From the IMG/VR virus record IMGVR_UViG_2870479586_000005: DNA of 42,950 bases; one strand, 5' to 3'. Under the pieces are notes generated by a model, which saw nothing but the letters and a program-made list of their open reading frames with translations, was not told where the DNA came from and ran no database searches. Positions within the stretch are counted from its first letter, which is position 1. Each line of letters starts with the position of its first letter. The position numbers and the translations under genes were made by a program. Positions 29,515 to 38,178 of this stretch are shown piece by piece. The stretch is from a virus (taxonomy: Duplodnaviria; Heunggongvirae; Uroviricota; Caudoviricetes).

Positions 29515-30438
29515 ATGAGATTAAAATACTCAGTACTCTTACTCGCCATTGCCCTTACAGGCTGTGATAACAAAAAAGATGAGATCGGTTGTTCTTCGGA
29601 AATGACCCAATCAGCTCTCATGGATTTATTAAAAAAATCTGCTTATGAAGGACTCTCTGAACAGGTCGATAAATACCCTGATGTCACTAATCAGACCAAA
29701 CGAAGCACACTGGACAAGATCAAACTAGCCGTCTCTGAAATCTCCACAACATCAAGTGACACGGGCAGCACAATGAAAACTTGTGAAGGGACCGTGACGA
29801 TGACTCTACCTGCGAACGAGTACGTCCAGCTTTCAGATGCTTACAGAAAGAATTTTAATCGTAATCTCGACAAGCAAATGGAAAGCCTGTTTTTGGAGAA
29901 CAACGCAAACGCCTTTTCCAAACGTATCACCTACACCGTGCAGGCGACCGACGATCAGAAAAACGTTTTTGTAAAAACCTCTTCTGATAATCCGATATCA
30001 GTGGGCGCCGCTTTACTGACATCACTTTCTATTATCAACCCGATCGTTGAGCAGCAGAAAATCCAGCAGGCTAAGGATGCCCAACAGAGCCAAATTGAAG
30101 CGGAACAACAGGTGCAACTCAGGGCGCAGGAACAGGCTAAGTATGAGGCGGAGAAGCAAATAGAGAGACAGGCACAACTTCAGCCACAAAAAGCTGACAG
30201 CCTTGATCAGTCCCGAATGGCATTTGCGAATGCCGACTCTGATTTGAGTACCGTCTGGAGCAAGTTAACCCCGGCGAAGAAAAAAGATTTGCTGCCTTCT
30301 CAGCGTCAGTGGATCAAAACTAAGGATGCTATGTGCGGTAAAGTTTCAATGCAGGGAACAGATGCTGAAGTCAAGAAAATGCTCGACTGCCAGACGCAAA
30401 TGACCCTTTCAAGAATCGCTTTCCTCAGAAACCAATAA
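29515..30438 (+). CDS. lipoprotein with C-terminal LprI/DUF1311-like domain
   Basis: 307-aa ORF; signal peptide plus lipobox (LLLAIALTGC); Gln-rich coiled region; C-terminal QRQWIKTKDAMCG...KMLDCQT...RIAFL resembles lysozyme-inhibitor LprI-type domains. Confidence 0.65.
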   Translation: MRLKYSVLLLAIALTGCDNKKDEIGCSSEMTQSALMDLLKKSAYEGLSEQVDKYPDVTNQTKRSTLDKIKLAVSEISTTSSDTGSTMKTCEGTVTMTLPANEYVQLSDAYRKNFNRNLDKQMESLFLENNANAFSKRITYTVQATDDQKNVFVKTSSDNPISVGAALLTSLSIINPIVEQQKIQQAKDAQQSQIEAEQQVQLRAQEQAKYEAEKQIERQAQLQPQKADSLDQSRMAFANADSDLSTVWSKLTPAKKKDLLPSQRQWIKTKDAMCGKVSMQGTDAEVKKMLDCQTQMTLSRIAFLRNQ

Positions 30439-30458
30439 CTGAAGTTTCCTTCAAGCTG

Positions 30459-30492
30459 GCGCCAGGTGTTAACCTGGTGCCAGCTTAGTCAT
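30459..30492. other. strong stem-loop downstream of the lipoprotein gene
   Basis: AGCTGGCGCCAGG-tgttaa-CCTGGTGCCAGCT, 13-bp arms with one mismatch; not followed by a clear U-tract. Confidence 0.5.
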
Positions 30493-30515
30493 CAAGTGCA
30501 TATTTAACTGTTTTA

Positions 30516-30588
30516 TATGGGCGGTACTTTGACAGAGGTATTCGGTCTCGTGCTGGTCGTGGTCAAATACCTTTTTAAACGCAAATAG
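30516..30588 (+). repeat. orphan direct repeat duplicating the 3' end of the membrane-protein gene (26011-26085)
   Basis: About 73 bp near-identical to 26011-26085, including the stop region, but with no gene body upstream. Confidence 0.8.
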
Positions 30589-30612
30589 AGTATTTCCACC
30601 CCAAACAACCTG

Positions 30613-31401
30613 TCAAAATGCTGAATCAGCAACAGATACAGCCGACTTTTTCCCCATTACCATCAATTTATCCAGTGTCATACTTCGCAGATTGTCGCTG
30701 TGGATCACCAGATACCCTGCCCGCTCAGCGATCTCTTTGAAAGCGTCAAAGGTCATCAGATGTTCGCCTTTGGCAACATGGCGCATCCTTGTCACTTTTC
30801 CATTTTTGATAGTGGTGATAAAAGAAAAATCCGGAATGGTTGGCTGATTTTCATCGAGTAGCAGGCAGTGGATGTATTCAATCGCCTCTAACATTTGCGT
30901 CTGTGACAGTTGTTCTATGTGAGAGACGGCGAAGCGTTGATGAATCATGGTGTAGGCATCGGGATACATCATGCCTTTCTTACCGACCAGCATATTAACG
31001 GCATCACGTAAGGGAGTACGGTCATCGGTAGTTGTACTCCGCCTCTCTGGGCGCTGGCTAAAATAACAATCTTCAAGCTTTTCGAAAACTTCCCAAGCCT
31101 GTTCTGTTTCCAGCATTTTGGCATGGCGAGCTGCGCCGCGTTCTGTCCAGAGAATGAGGGATCGGGTATGTTTAGCAACTGACTGACTATCTGTCAGTCT
31201 GTTTTTGAAGTCGCGTAATTCATTACCTTCCAGCTTAAAAAAATGCTTTCCTACGACAAATCTGGCGATGTTGCGCTTGAAGTTTTGCTGGATACCATTT
31301 ACTTCCGTGCCATACAAACTGGCAAGCAATTCAGTAGTGATGACGGGAAGTTGGTTATGATGTAGCGGAGAAAGGGATTCCGCAGATATTTGGATTGTCA
31401 T
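30613..31401 (-). CDS. phage antirepressor (AntA/ORF6N-type N-terminus)
   Basis: Track ORF 30613-31449; ATG at 31401 has a GAGG Shine-Dalgarno; antirepressor-like character judged from recall. Confidence 0.6.
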   Translation of the reverse strand: MTIQISAESLSPLHHNQLPVITTELLASLYGTEVNGIQQNFKRNIARFVVGKHFFKLEGNELRDFKNRLTDSQSVAKHTRSLILWTERGAARHAKMLETEQAWEVFEKLEDCYFSQRPERRSTTTDDRTPLRDAVNMLVGKKGMMYPDAYTMIHQRFAVSHIEQLSQTQMLEAIEYIHCLLLDENQPTIPDFSFITTIKNGKVTRMRHVAKGEHLMTFDAFKEIAERAGYLVIHSDNLRSMTLDKLMVMGKKSAVSVADSAF

Positions 31402-31431
31402 CGCAGTGGCCTCACTTAGTGTTTTTTTCAT

Positions 31432-31462
31432 CACCACCAGCGACGCCAATCATCTGGTGGTG
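31432..31462. promoter_or_regulatory. perfect 9-bp inverted repeat (candidate operator of the antirepressor gene)
   Basis: CACCACCAG (31432-31440), 13-bp spacer, CTGGTGGTG (31454-31462), immediately upstream of the antirepressor start codons. Confidence 0.45.
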
Positions 31463-31673
31463 AACTGTGCAGGGTTGGCGTAACCGGCTAAGTGAACCCG
31501 GCGCTTCCGCAGAAGCCCCCACACAGCCCACCATAATGCGAATGTGGCCGTGCCTAACACATAAAAAAACCGCTAACGCGGCTATGCGTCACTTAGATAT
31601 CCGGGACGCCAATCCCGGCAACCGATTTTGCGGCTGCGCGGAAACTATAGCCCCGGGCTTTTTCTAAGTCAAT

Positions 31674-31895
31674 TCAATCAACTTCAAACCTCCGGTGTTC
31701 ACATTCCATACACTCAACGGGAACATCATCGCGATGCAAGTCCACATATCCGACCCGCTTATACAACTCAATAATGTCCGGTAACGTGACCAGATGTTTT
31801 TCCGGTTCCAACACCTCAGCCCTGGTTACTTTGTAATCTGAAATATAGAGCACTATCCGCCCGTTCCGTGGTAACTCCAGTTTATCGCCAAACAT
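31674..31895 (-). CDS. hypothetical protein
   Basis: 73-aa ORF in minus-strand early region. Confidence 0.3.
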   Translation of the reverse strand: MFGDKLELPRNGRIVLYISDYKVTRAEVLEPEKHLVTLPDIIELYKRVGYVDLHRDDVPVECMECEHRRFEVD

Positions 31896-32082
31896 GTCCT
31901 TTCCCTCCGGGAAACCAATGATATTGACGATATTACACCCACAACGATTCGTTTTACGTCACTCCGCAATCACCATACATACGTACCAATCCGTACATTC
32001 CCACCACAAAAATGGCATTCGGCGGGCACTGGTAATGGATTTTTAACGCGTGCTATTGCCTTGCGACGTATTTTCAACTCAC

Positions 32083-32307
32083 TCATACAGCCTCCCTGCT
32101 CTCAAATGGGCGAATATTGGTTGGTTCTCCACACGGAATAGCCCAACCCAGCCAGGTAAATATTTTCAGGTCACACATCGCGTCATACCGTTCGCCAGGA
32201 TTCACATCCACCATGCTGCAGGCAATTTCATATTGTTCACCATTATCAGTCAGTGCGATCTGGTCATTAATAAACCGGGGCACAAATGCCAGAAAAAGTT
32301 CTTTCAT
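32083..32307 (-). CDS. hypothetical protein
   Basis: 74-aa ORF, coupled to the upstream gene. Confidence 0.3.
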   Translation of the reverse strand: MKELFLAFVPRFINDQIALTDNGEQYEIACSMVDVNPGERYDAMCDLKIFTWLGWAIPCGEPTNIRPFESREAV

Positions 32308-32614
32308 GAAATCCTCCGCTCAAAATAAACATACTGATTCACCGCACCGATCGACATTTCGAGTTTTTCCGCGATATCCTGGCGATTAATACCCGACTGA
32401 TGTAATTCCCTTGCCAGCTCGATATCCTCCTGGCGGTATTTCACTGACTGGTGATAATTACCCGCAGATACATACAGATTTTCAACTCGCGCGCTTTTGT
32501 GCGTACCGCAGCACCGGTTCTTCCAATAAGCTGCCCTATACGTTCAACTGTCATGCTGCCCGCACATTGTTTGATGATTACGACTTCCGCACGCACCCAC
32601 CGTTTGTATTTCAT
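32304..32614 (-). pseudogene. HTH-containing small protein gene, apparently frameshifted
   Basis: ATG at 32614 opens a 57-codon frame (MKYKRWVRAEVVIIK...MTVERIGQLIGRTGAAVRTKAREL); a second frame continues to 32304 (...DIELARELHQSGINRQDIAEKLEMSIGAVNQYV); both halves look protein-like. Confidence 0.3.
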
Positions 32615-32847
32615 TGCTCCATCCCCCCTCTCCAGTAGTTCAGACGCTCTCTGAAAAATTCCCGGTACGTATCCGGCGTCATTCCGATTTGCTCAATCAC
32701 GCTTCCCCTCGGAATACGTTTCTCAAAGAGTTGGCGGATCAGCGTCGCCGCTCGCATGTCGTAGTGCTCTTTAAGCAGGTATTCCTGAGGCCATTTGGCG
32801 CGGTTGTGTGGTAAGCCGGGCGGCAGGTAATCTGATTGCCCTGCCAT
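32611..32847 (-). CDS. hypothetical protein
   Basis: 78-aa ORF with ATGA overlap to the downstream gene. Confidence 0.35.
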   Translation of the reverse strand: MAGQSDYLPPGLPHNRAKWPQEYLLKEHYDMRAATLIRQLFEKRIPRGSVIEQIGMTPDTYREFFRERLNYWRGGMEQ

Positions 32848-32848
32848 A

Positions 32849-33259
32849 TCACGTCCCTTTCTTTGCTATCGGAGTGATGGAACTCAGCAGCAGGCGACAG
32901 CGACCGGGCGCGCCAATGCGCTGTCCGGTTATCTTGTCGTAAGTTTCATGCGGTGAGGCACACCAGGTTGTCGCTGTTTCGTGGAGTTTCACTTGCCGCT
33001 CACCATTTCTGCGAATCGCGATCCCGATGTGCGTTTTACCCTTACATTTCACTGCTGGCGCTGCGGCTACGGATGCCTGACGGGCAGGCTGAGCTGGTGT
33101 TGAAAAATTGCCTGCTTTGGGTCTTGGTACAAAAACCGCACGAGTGCGCGCACGTGGCCCGGCGTTCATATTCCACAAAATGACGTCGAGATAGTTTTTA
33201 CCGTCGTCTATGTGTCCTTTGTCCGACGGGTACTCTAATTTGCCTGAAATGGTGGTCAT
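32849..33259 (-). CDS. hypothetical protein
   Basis: 136-aa ORF directly downstream of the helicase gene. Confidence 0.35.
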   Translation of the reverse strand: MTTISGKLEYPSDKGHIDDGKNYLDVILWNMNAGPRARTRAVFVPRPKAGNFSTPAQPARQASVAAAPAVKCKGKTHIGIAIRRNGERQVKLHETATTWCASPHETYDKITGQRIGAPGRCRLLLSSITPIAKKGT

Positions 33260-33297
33260 TGGTCTTTCCTCGGTTATTTCACGCTGGTCATGCGTGG

Positions 33298-34689
33298 TTA
33301 AAATGGGTCCGTATTAAAGTTTTTGTTTGAATACCGTTTTTCACGTTTTCTCGGTTGCTCTGCCTCCTTCTGGATGCGTAATTTTTCGCGTGCTACGTGT
33401 TGATCAACTGGCAGGAAATGCCCATTCCGGAATTCCTGATAAATAATTTCACCTGCCCCGCCAGAACGGTTTTTACCGATAATCACCTCGGCGATACCCT
33501 TTGCAGGTGAATCAGGTGTGTAAACTTCATCGCGGTACAAAAACAAAATGCTGTCAGCGTCCTGCTCAACACTGCCGGAATCGCGCAGGTCCGACATCAC
33601 CGGGCGACGCTGGCCAGCAGGTCGAGAATCCACCTGGCGGGAAAGCTGGCTAAGAGCAAAAACAGGGGTATGCAGACGCATGGCCATAGTCTTCATGTTG
33701 CGGGAGATATGCCCGACAGCGAGATCGTGGCGCTCGGCCTTCGGTTTTTTGATCAGGCCCATGTAATCAACACCAATCAACTTCAGGTGCGGATAACGGC
33801 GTTTATGAGTCTCTGCAATGGCGCGGATCTGCTCAATCGTCAAATCAGTGGCATCAACAATCCAGATATCGCGATCCTGCATGATTGCAAGCGCGGCGGT
33901 TAATCTGGTCAAATCCTCATCGTCCATTTCTTTTGGATTACGCAGACGCGACGTGGACATATTCCCAGCCCCGGCAACGGTACGTTCAACAATCTGCTGA
34001 GCGCCCATTTCCATGCTGAAAAACAGTGCGCCGCCGCCATCTGCGGTAACGCCATCGATAATCTTCAGGGTAAATTCCGTTTTCCCCATGCCTGGACGAC
34101 CGGCAACCACAACAAGGTCGGTCATGTTGATACCGCCCAGGGCGACATCCAGATCCTCGACTCCGGTTTTCAGCATCATTTCCTGCGCGTCGCCAGACAT
34201 CCGTTTATCAACGGTGTCAATGTAGAGCGGTAACAGCTCTTTGATGTGTACCGGCTGGACTGTGCCGGTAGCGGCGCTCATATCCAGCACCTGAGCAACA
34301 TGAGATTCAATAACCTCATCACGCTGACTCTGGTTTACAGCGTTACGGATACCATCCGCGCCAGATTGCAACAATGCCGCCATTTTGCGGCTCCGCCATG
34401 CCCGCACCATTTTCCCGGCATAGCCTTTCAGATTCGGTACCGTTGCCGGGATCCGGGATATTTGAGACAGATCCGCAAGGCTGGAACCGCCCAGCGCTTC
34501 GCTGATAAACAACATGTCGATCATGCCGTTCGCCAGTGCCTGCTTTTTGATTTCGCTGAAAGCGCGACGGTGAAACACGATGCTGAAGGCTTCCTCCGGA
34601 GTAGTGGCAATCACATCAAACGCGTCAGGCGTCGCGCCACCGTTAATCAGACCAGCGAGAACGATCGCTTCCAGTTCTTCTGGATTCAT
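33298..34689 (-). CDS. replicative DNA helicase (DnaB-like)
   Basis: 463-aa ORF; Walker A GRPGMGKT, Walker B-like IWIVD context, DnaB-type C-terminal motifs; follows the O-like gene. Confidence 0.85.
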   Translation of the reverse strand: MNPEELEAIVLAGLINGGATPDAFDVIATTPEEAFSIVFHRRAFSEIKKQALANGMIDMLFISEALGGSSLADLSQISRIPATVPNLKGYAGKMVRAWRSRKMAALLQSGADGIRNAVNQSQRDEVIESHVAQVLDMSAATGTVQPVHIKELLPLYIDTVDKRMSGDAQEMMLKTGVEDLDVALGGINMTDLVVVAGRPGMGKTEFTLKIIDGVTADGGGALFFSMEMGAQQIVERTVAGAGNMSTSRLRNPKEMDDEDLTRLTAALAIMQDRDIWIVDATDLTIEQIRAIAETHKRRYPHLKLIGVDYMGLIKKPKAERHDLAVGHISRNMKTMAMRLHTPVFALSQLSRQVDSRPAGQRRPVMSDLRDSGSVEQDADSILFLYRDEVYTPDSPAKGIAEVIIGKNRSGGAGEIIYQEFRNGHFLPVDQHVAREKLRIQKEAEQPRKREKRYSNKNFNTDPF

Positions 34690-35786
34690 AATGCCCCTTC
34701 CCTGGTTTTACGCAGTGTTTCTGGCTTCATCAGGTAATCAAACCCTGCCCGCCAGCCGGTGCGATATTCGCCGCCGAAATAGAAGTCTGGGGCGTTATCG
34801 CGGAATTTTTCGAAGTAGCCGATAAATGCGCCAAGAGTTTGCGTGCGCATATGTGCCAGCAGGCGCAGGATTGCCCGACGGCGGTCAGTATCAATTTCAG
34901 CTATAGGTAGCAGGTCGCCCAGAATCTCGTTGTAGCCCTTCACAACTTCAGCAGGGTCAACGGCAGCCTCAGCAGTGGCCCACGTCTCAGCGTCAGCCAG
35001 GTATCCGTCAAACCGGTTTACGCGGCAAATGTTCGCAGGTTTCGGAACGCTTCCGCTACGACGGCGCCATGTCGCAATAACCCAACGAATTACTAACTGA
35101 ATCTCAGCCACGCTGTAACCAGCGCGGGTGGTGGTGGCAGTTAGCAGCATGACAAACGGTTTAACGTCGCGGCAGCGGGTACCGACTTTCTCGTTGTAGT
35201 AGTTCAGAGCTTTTTGAGCGTCAGCGAGAATGATTTCCTCGCCCTCCCCCTTTTGGGGGTAAGGGGGATCTTTTATCTCTGTAGTACTCTCTGTTGTATT
35301 CTCTGTAGGAGATTGGGTCATTTTGACCTTAGCGCATGGGTCAACTTGACCTGATGCTTGGGTCACATTGACCTCTTCGATTGGGTCAACTTGACCTAAT
35401 CGATTGGCCACAGGGAATGTTGTCTCTTCAATCTTACATAACTGGGCATAATTGATTGAATACCACTTGGTTTTATCCCAGGCATCACTGTTAAAGTTCC
35501 CAGTAAGCAACACATTCAATTTTTCCAGATTGGCCAACACGCGTTTTATTGTCGACTCGCTCCAGAACGGGAATTGTTCTTGCCAGTCGGTCACACTGTT
35601 GTACACCCAGTGGCGATTTTCGAAGAAATTTTGAGACGAATTCAGCCAGTAGTGGATTTGCTGTAGAACGATGGCTTCATTCAACCCTATAGTGCATGCC
35701 AACGTGGGCAGGACCTGAAGGGGGTTTTCGTTAATCAGCAAACGACTCATACTCAGATCTCCAGAGCTTCGGCTATCTGACGACAA
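34686..35786 (-). CDS. replication initiation protein (lambda O-like) containing the origin iterons
   Basis: 366-aa ORF; four iterons lie inside the coding sequence (each translated as the GQVDP repeat), as in lambda O/ori; coupled to the helicase gene. Confidence 0.6.
   Translation of the reverse strand: MSSDSRSSGDLSMSRLLINENPLQVLPTLACTIGLNEAIVLQQIHYWLNSSQNFFENRHWVYNSVTDWQEQFPFWSESTIKRVLANLEKLNVLLTGNFNSDAWDKTKWYSINYAQLCKIEETTFPVANRLGQVDPIEEVNVTQASGQVDPCAKVKMTQSPTENTTESTTEIKDPPYPQKGEGEEIILADAQKALNYYNEKVGTRCRDVKPFVMLLTATTTRAGYSVAEIQLVIRWVIATWRRRSGSVPKPANICRVNRFDGYLADAETWATAEAAVDPAEVVKGYNEILGDLLPIAEIDTDRRRAILRLLAHMRTQTLGAFIGYFEKFRDNAPDFYFGGEYRTGWRAGFDYLMKPETLRKTREGAL
35331..35418. repeat. origin iterons (4 copies of an 18-19-bp palindromic unit)
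   Basis: TTGGGTCAACTTGACCT-like units, each an inverted repeat GGGTCA-N2-4-TGACC; adjacent 3x TCTCTGT(A/T)G direct repeat at 35276-35311. Confidence 0.7.
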
Positions 35787-35977
35787 CCGGCTTCATAGTC
35801 CGCATTGCTCAGCCCTTTGTCGCGCAACTCGACCTTCCTGGATTCATACTGCTCCCACACCGAAAGCGCGGCAGCCATACGCCCATCAAAAATAGGTTGG
35901 ATCTCTGCAACATGTGCCGGGCGCCCATTCAGGTGCCAGCCGTTACGCCAGGTAATGCGGTCAATATGTCTTAACAT
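35753..35977 (-). CDS. hypothetical protein
   Basis: 74-aa ORF between the YdaT-like and O-like genes. Confidence 0.3.
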   Translation of the reverse strand: MLRHIDRITWRNGWHLNGRPAHVAEIQPIFDGRMAAALSVWEQYESRKVELRDKGLSNADYEAGCRQIAEALEI

Positions 35978-36016
35978 CGGTCTTTCCTCGGTATAAGTTA
36001 AACGCTGGTCAGGCGC

Positions 36017-36493
36017 TCATGCATGGTGGCCTTGCGCAGTGCTTATCACTGCTCCTCGCGTCGCTACCAGCGCCGCTATTGCTTCGTCAATTTCCTGAAT
36101 AGTTAACTCTGGCGCGAAGTGGAGATGTACAGCGTTAATCGCTTCCACCCCTTCTTTTGCCGCCAGCGTTGCCAGCAAAACGGGATCGCCCGGCGACTCC
36201 AGACGCGCCCGCCGTTCTGCGGGTAGCACTGCTTTCATCACACTGGCCAGCACCTGAGTTTTTCGGCGCGCCGCCGTTGTCTCGCCACGTAACCAGCGAA
36301 AGATTTTCTGCCGGTTGTTGTTGATGGCTCTCCAGTCCACGTTGCCGTCCGTGTCCTCAAATTCATGTAGTCTCAACTCATCATTGCGTCCCTGACTGAA
36401 CCAGGCCCGGCAGATTTCAATCGTGACGAGTTCCTGCCCTGCCCTTGCCGCCCAGGTCAAAATCTCTTTTTGTAATTCCTCTTGGTTTTCCAT
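36017..36493 (-). CDS. YdaT-like regulator (CII-analogue position)
   Basis: 158-aa ORF; NNNRQKIFRWLRGETTAARRKTQVL recalls Rac YdaT (WLKGET region); second gene of the cro-side operon. Confidence 0.55.
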   Translation of the reverse strand: MENQEELQKEILTWAARAGQELVTIEICRAWFSQGRNDELRLHEFEDTDGNVDWRAINNNRQKIFRWLRGETTAARRKTQVLASVMKAVLPAERRARLESPGDPVLLATLAAKEGVEAINAVHLHFAPELTIQEIDEAIAALVATRGAVISTAQGHHA

Positions 36494-36552
36494 AGCGTCT
36501 CCTGTCGCTAAAAATTGATTACGCTTAATCAGATGTAATAAGCCGCCTTTTG

Positions 36553-36750
36553 CTAAGCTTTTTCATGTTTTGGAACATCGTAAAAAGTCGGGTCATATTT
36601 CAGTGCTCCATTAGTGATATGGTCGAGTCGAGCTGCTCGCTTTTCAGGAACTGTTGCCCCCCAACGAGTAACCGCCACTTGTGATATACCCAGCACCTTG
36701 GCTGTGGCTGTCTTTGAACCAAAAAAACTAATAACCGTCTCTGTTTTCAT
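36553..36750 (-). CDS. Cro/YdaS-like HTH regulator
   Basis: 65-aa ORF with an HTH (TATAKVLGISQVAVTRW); divergent from the repressor gene. Confidence 0.65.
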   Translation of the reverse strand: MKTETVISFFGSKTATAKVLGISQVAVTRWGATVPEKRAARLDHITNGALKYDPTFYDVPKHEKA

Positions 36751-36818
36751 AATTCCTCCGCGTAACTTTTGTTAGCAACATAAATACTAACGAAAGTTAT
36801 GTCAAGTTAACTTATATT
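36751..36818. promoter_or_regulatory. divergent promoter/operator region of the immunity switch
   Basis: 68-bp AT-rich spacer between divergent cro-like and repressor genes. Confidence 0.4.
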
Positions 36819-37232
36819 ATGAGGATGAAAAATTTGATGCTTAGCGACCGTTTATCTCAAAGACGCAAACAGCTTGGTCTAACCCAACAACAGCTTGCTG
36901 ATATGGTTGGAAGATCGAGTGTGAGCGTTTTTAAATGGGAAAGCGGACAAAATGAACCAAAGGGCCAGAACTTGTTGGCTTTGGCCAATGCACTCAAGTG
37001 TTCTGCCACATGGCTGCTTTTTGGTGACGAAGACCAGGCGCCAACTCCGGTAGACGAATTACCAACAGAGCTGGATTCACGTCAAAAAAGATTGTTAGAG
37101 TTATTTGATTCATTACCCGAGTCAGAAAAAGAAAAGCAACTAATTGAATTAGAAGATAAAGTTGAAAACTTTAATCGTTTATTTGAAGAGTTACTGGTTA
37201 CCAGAAAGAAACTAACCCCCACCAAAAAATAA
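36819..37232 (+). CDS. XRE-family HTH repressor (CI analogue lacking S24 peptidase domain)
   Basis: 137-aa ORF; HTH (LTQQQLADMVGRSSVSVFKWESG) then a coiled, acidic C-terminus; no Ser/Lys autoprotease motifs seen. Confidence 0.7.
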   Translation: MRMKNLMLSDRLSQRRKQLGLTQQQLADMVGRSSVSVFKWESGQNEPKGQNLLALANALKCSATWLLFGDEDQAPTPVDELPTELDSRQKRLLELFDSLPESEKEKQLIELEDKVENFNRLFEELLVTRKKLTPTKK

Positions 37233-37235
37233 AAT

Positions 37236-37270
37236 AAAGGCAATGTTTTCAATGCATTGCCTTTATTTTT
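37236..37270 (+). terminator. rho-independent terminator after the repressor gene
   Basis: AAAGGCAATG-9 nt loop-CATTGCCTTT followed by ATTTTT, starting 4 nt after the stop. Confidence 0.65.
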
Positions 37271-38178
37271 ACCCCAAATACTAACTTTTGTTATAAAACA
37301 TCTTGCACATAAAATTACCTTTAGTTATATTCATTCCATCAACAACGCTTACCCAGCGGCAGTTGTTCAGAAACACGTTCTGACAGCCGGAAAGACGGCA
37401 CCAAATTTTGCGCGTCGGCGCCAACACGGTGACAGAGGGAAAGACTTCACCGGCATATGGCACATGTGTCGAAGCGGTCTGGATGGAAGCGGAGCCTTAA
37501 CGCGTTGTCTCCATAGCAGGTAGCCGGAATGTGCAAGCCACAGCCAGGTATGAGCGATTGATTCACCATCAAGGCGATACGGTGTGACCACCAGGGAAGA
37601 GTCCTGGCTACAACACGAGAGCGCACTTCATCGACTCAACTTTGAGCTTTGTCGTTAAATTTTGAAATGGCGGAGTGCGCTCCCGGTTGTGGTGAACAGG
37701 TGTTTAACGGGAACTCCCTGCCCGTTACCCGGTTCGATTCCGGGCGCCCATCATCAATTTGCTGTGTTTAGTCTTTGCCCAGTCCGCACGATGGGCCATT
37801 TTTTCACACAGCCAGGTTTTATCGCTGTGCCTGAGTCCCCAACAGGAGAGGCCAAACCCGCAGCGTGACACCAGGGAAAGACCGGAGGAAGTACCACGCC
37901 TGACCAGCGTTGACCATGAGCCTGACCAGCTCAAAACAGGAAAGACCAGCCCTGTACGGTCGTAATGGAAACATAACGACGCCGGAAACGTAACCGGCAC
38001 CCTTTAGATAGCAAAAGACCCGCACAAGGCGGGCCAGTTACCCCGAACGGCGACCAAACCATTCGGATTTATCACAAGTGACCAAACTTGTGATGAGGAA
38101 AGACCAACGACACTGACGCTATGGAAGCTGATCAATATTCGCTGATCGGCTCTGAGTATACATTACCAAGGAGTCGCT

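Noticed and set aside
31432-31530. LexA box controlling the antirepressor
   Set aside because: The palindrome is CACCACCAG-N13-CTGGTGGTG, not CTGT-N8-ACAG; no canonical SOS box was seen by eye in the 150 bp upstream
37667-37752. A complete tRNA gene around the GGTTCGATTCC motif
   Set aside because: The best acceptor-stem pairing reaches only 5 of 7 and no D-arm or anticodon arm could be drawn; reported only as a T-arm-like fragment
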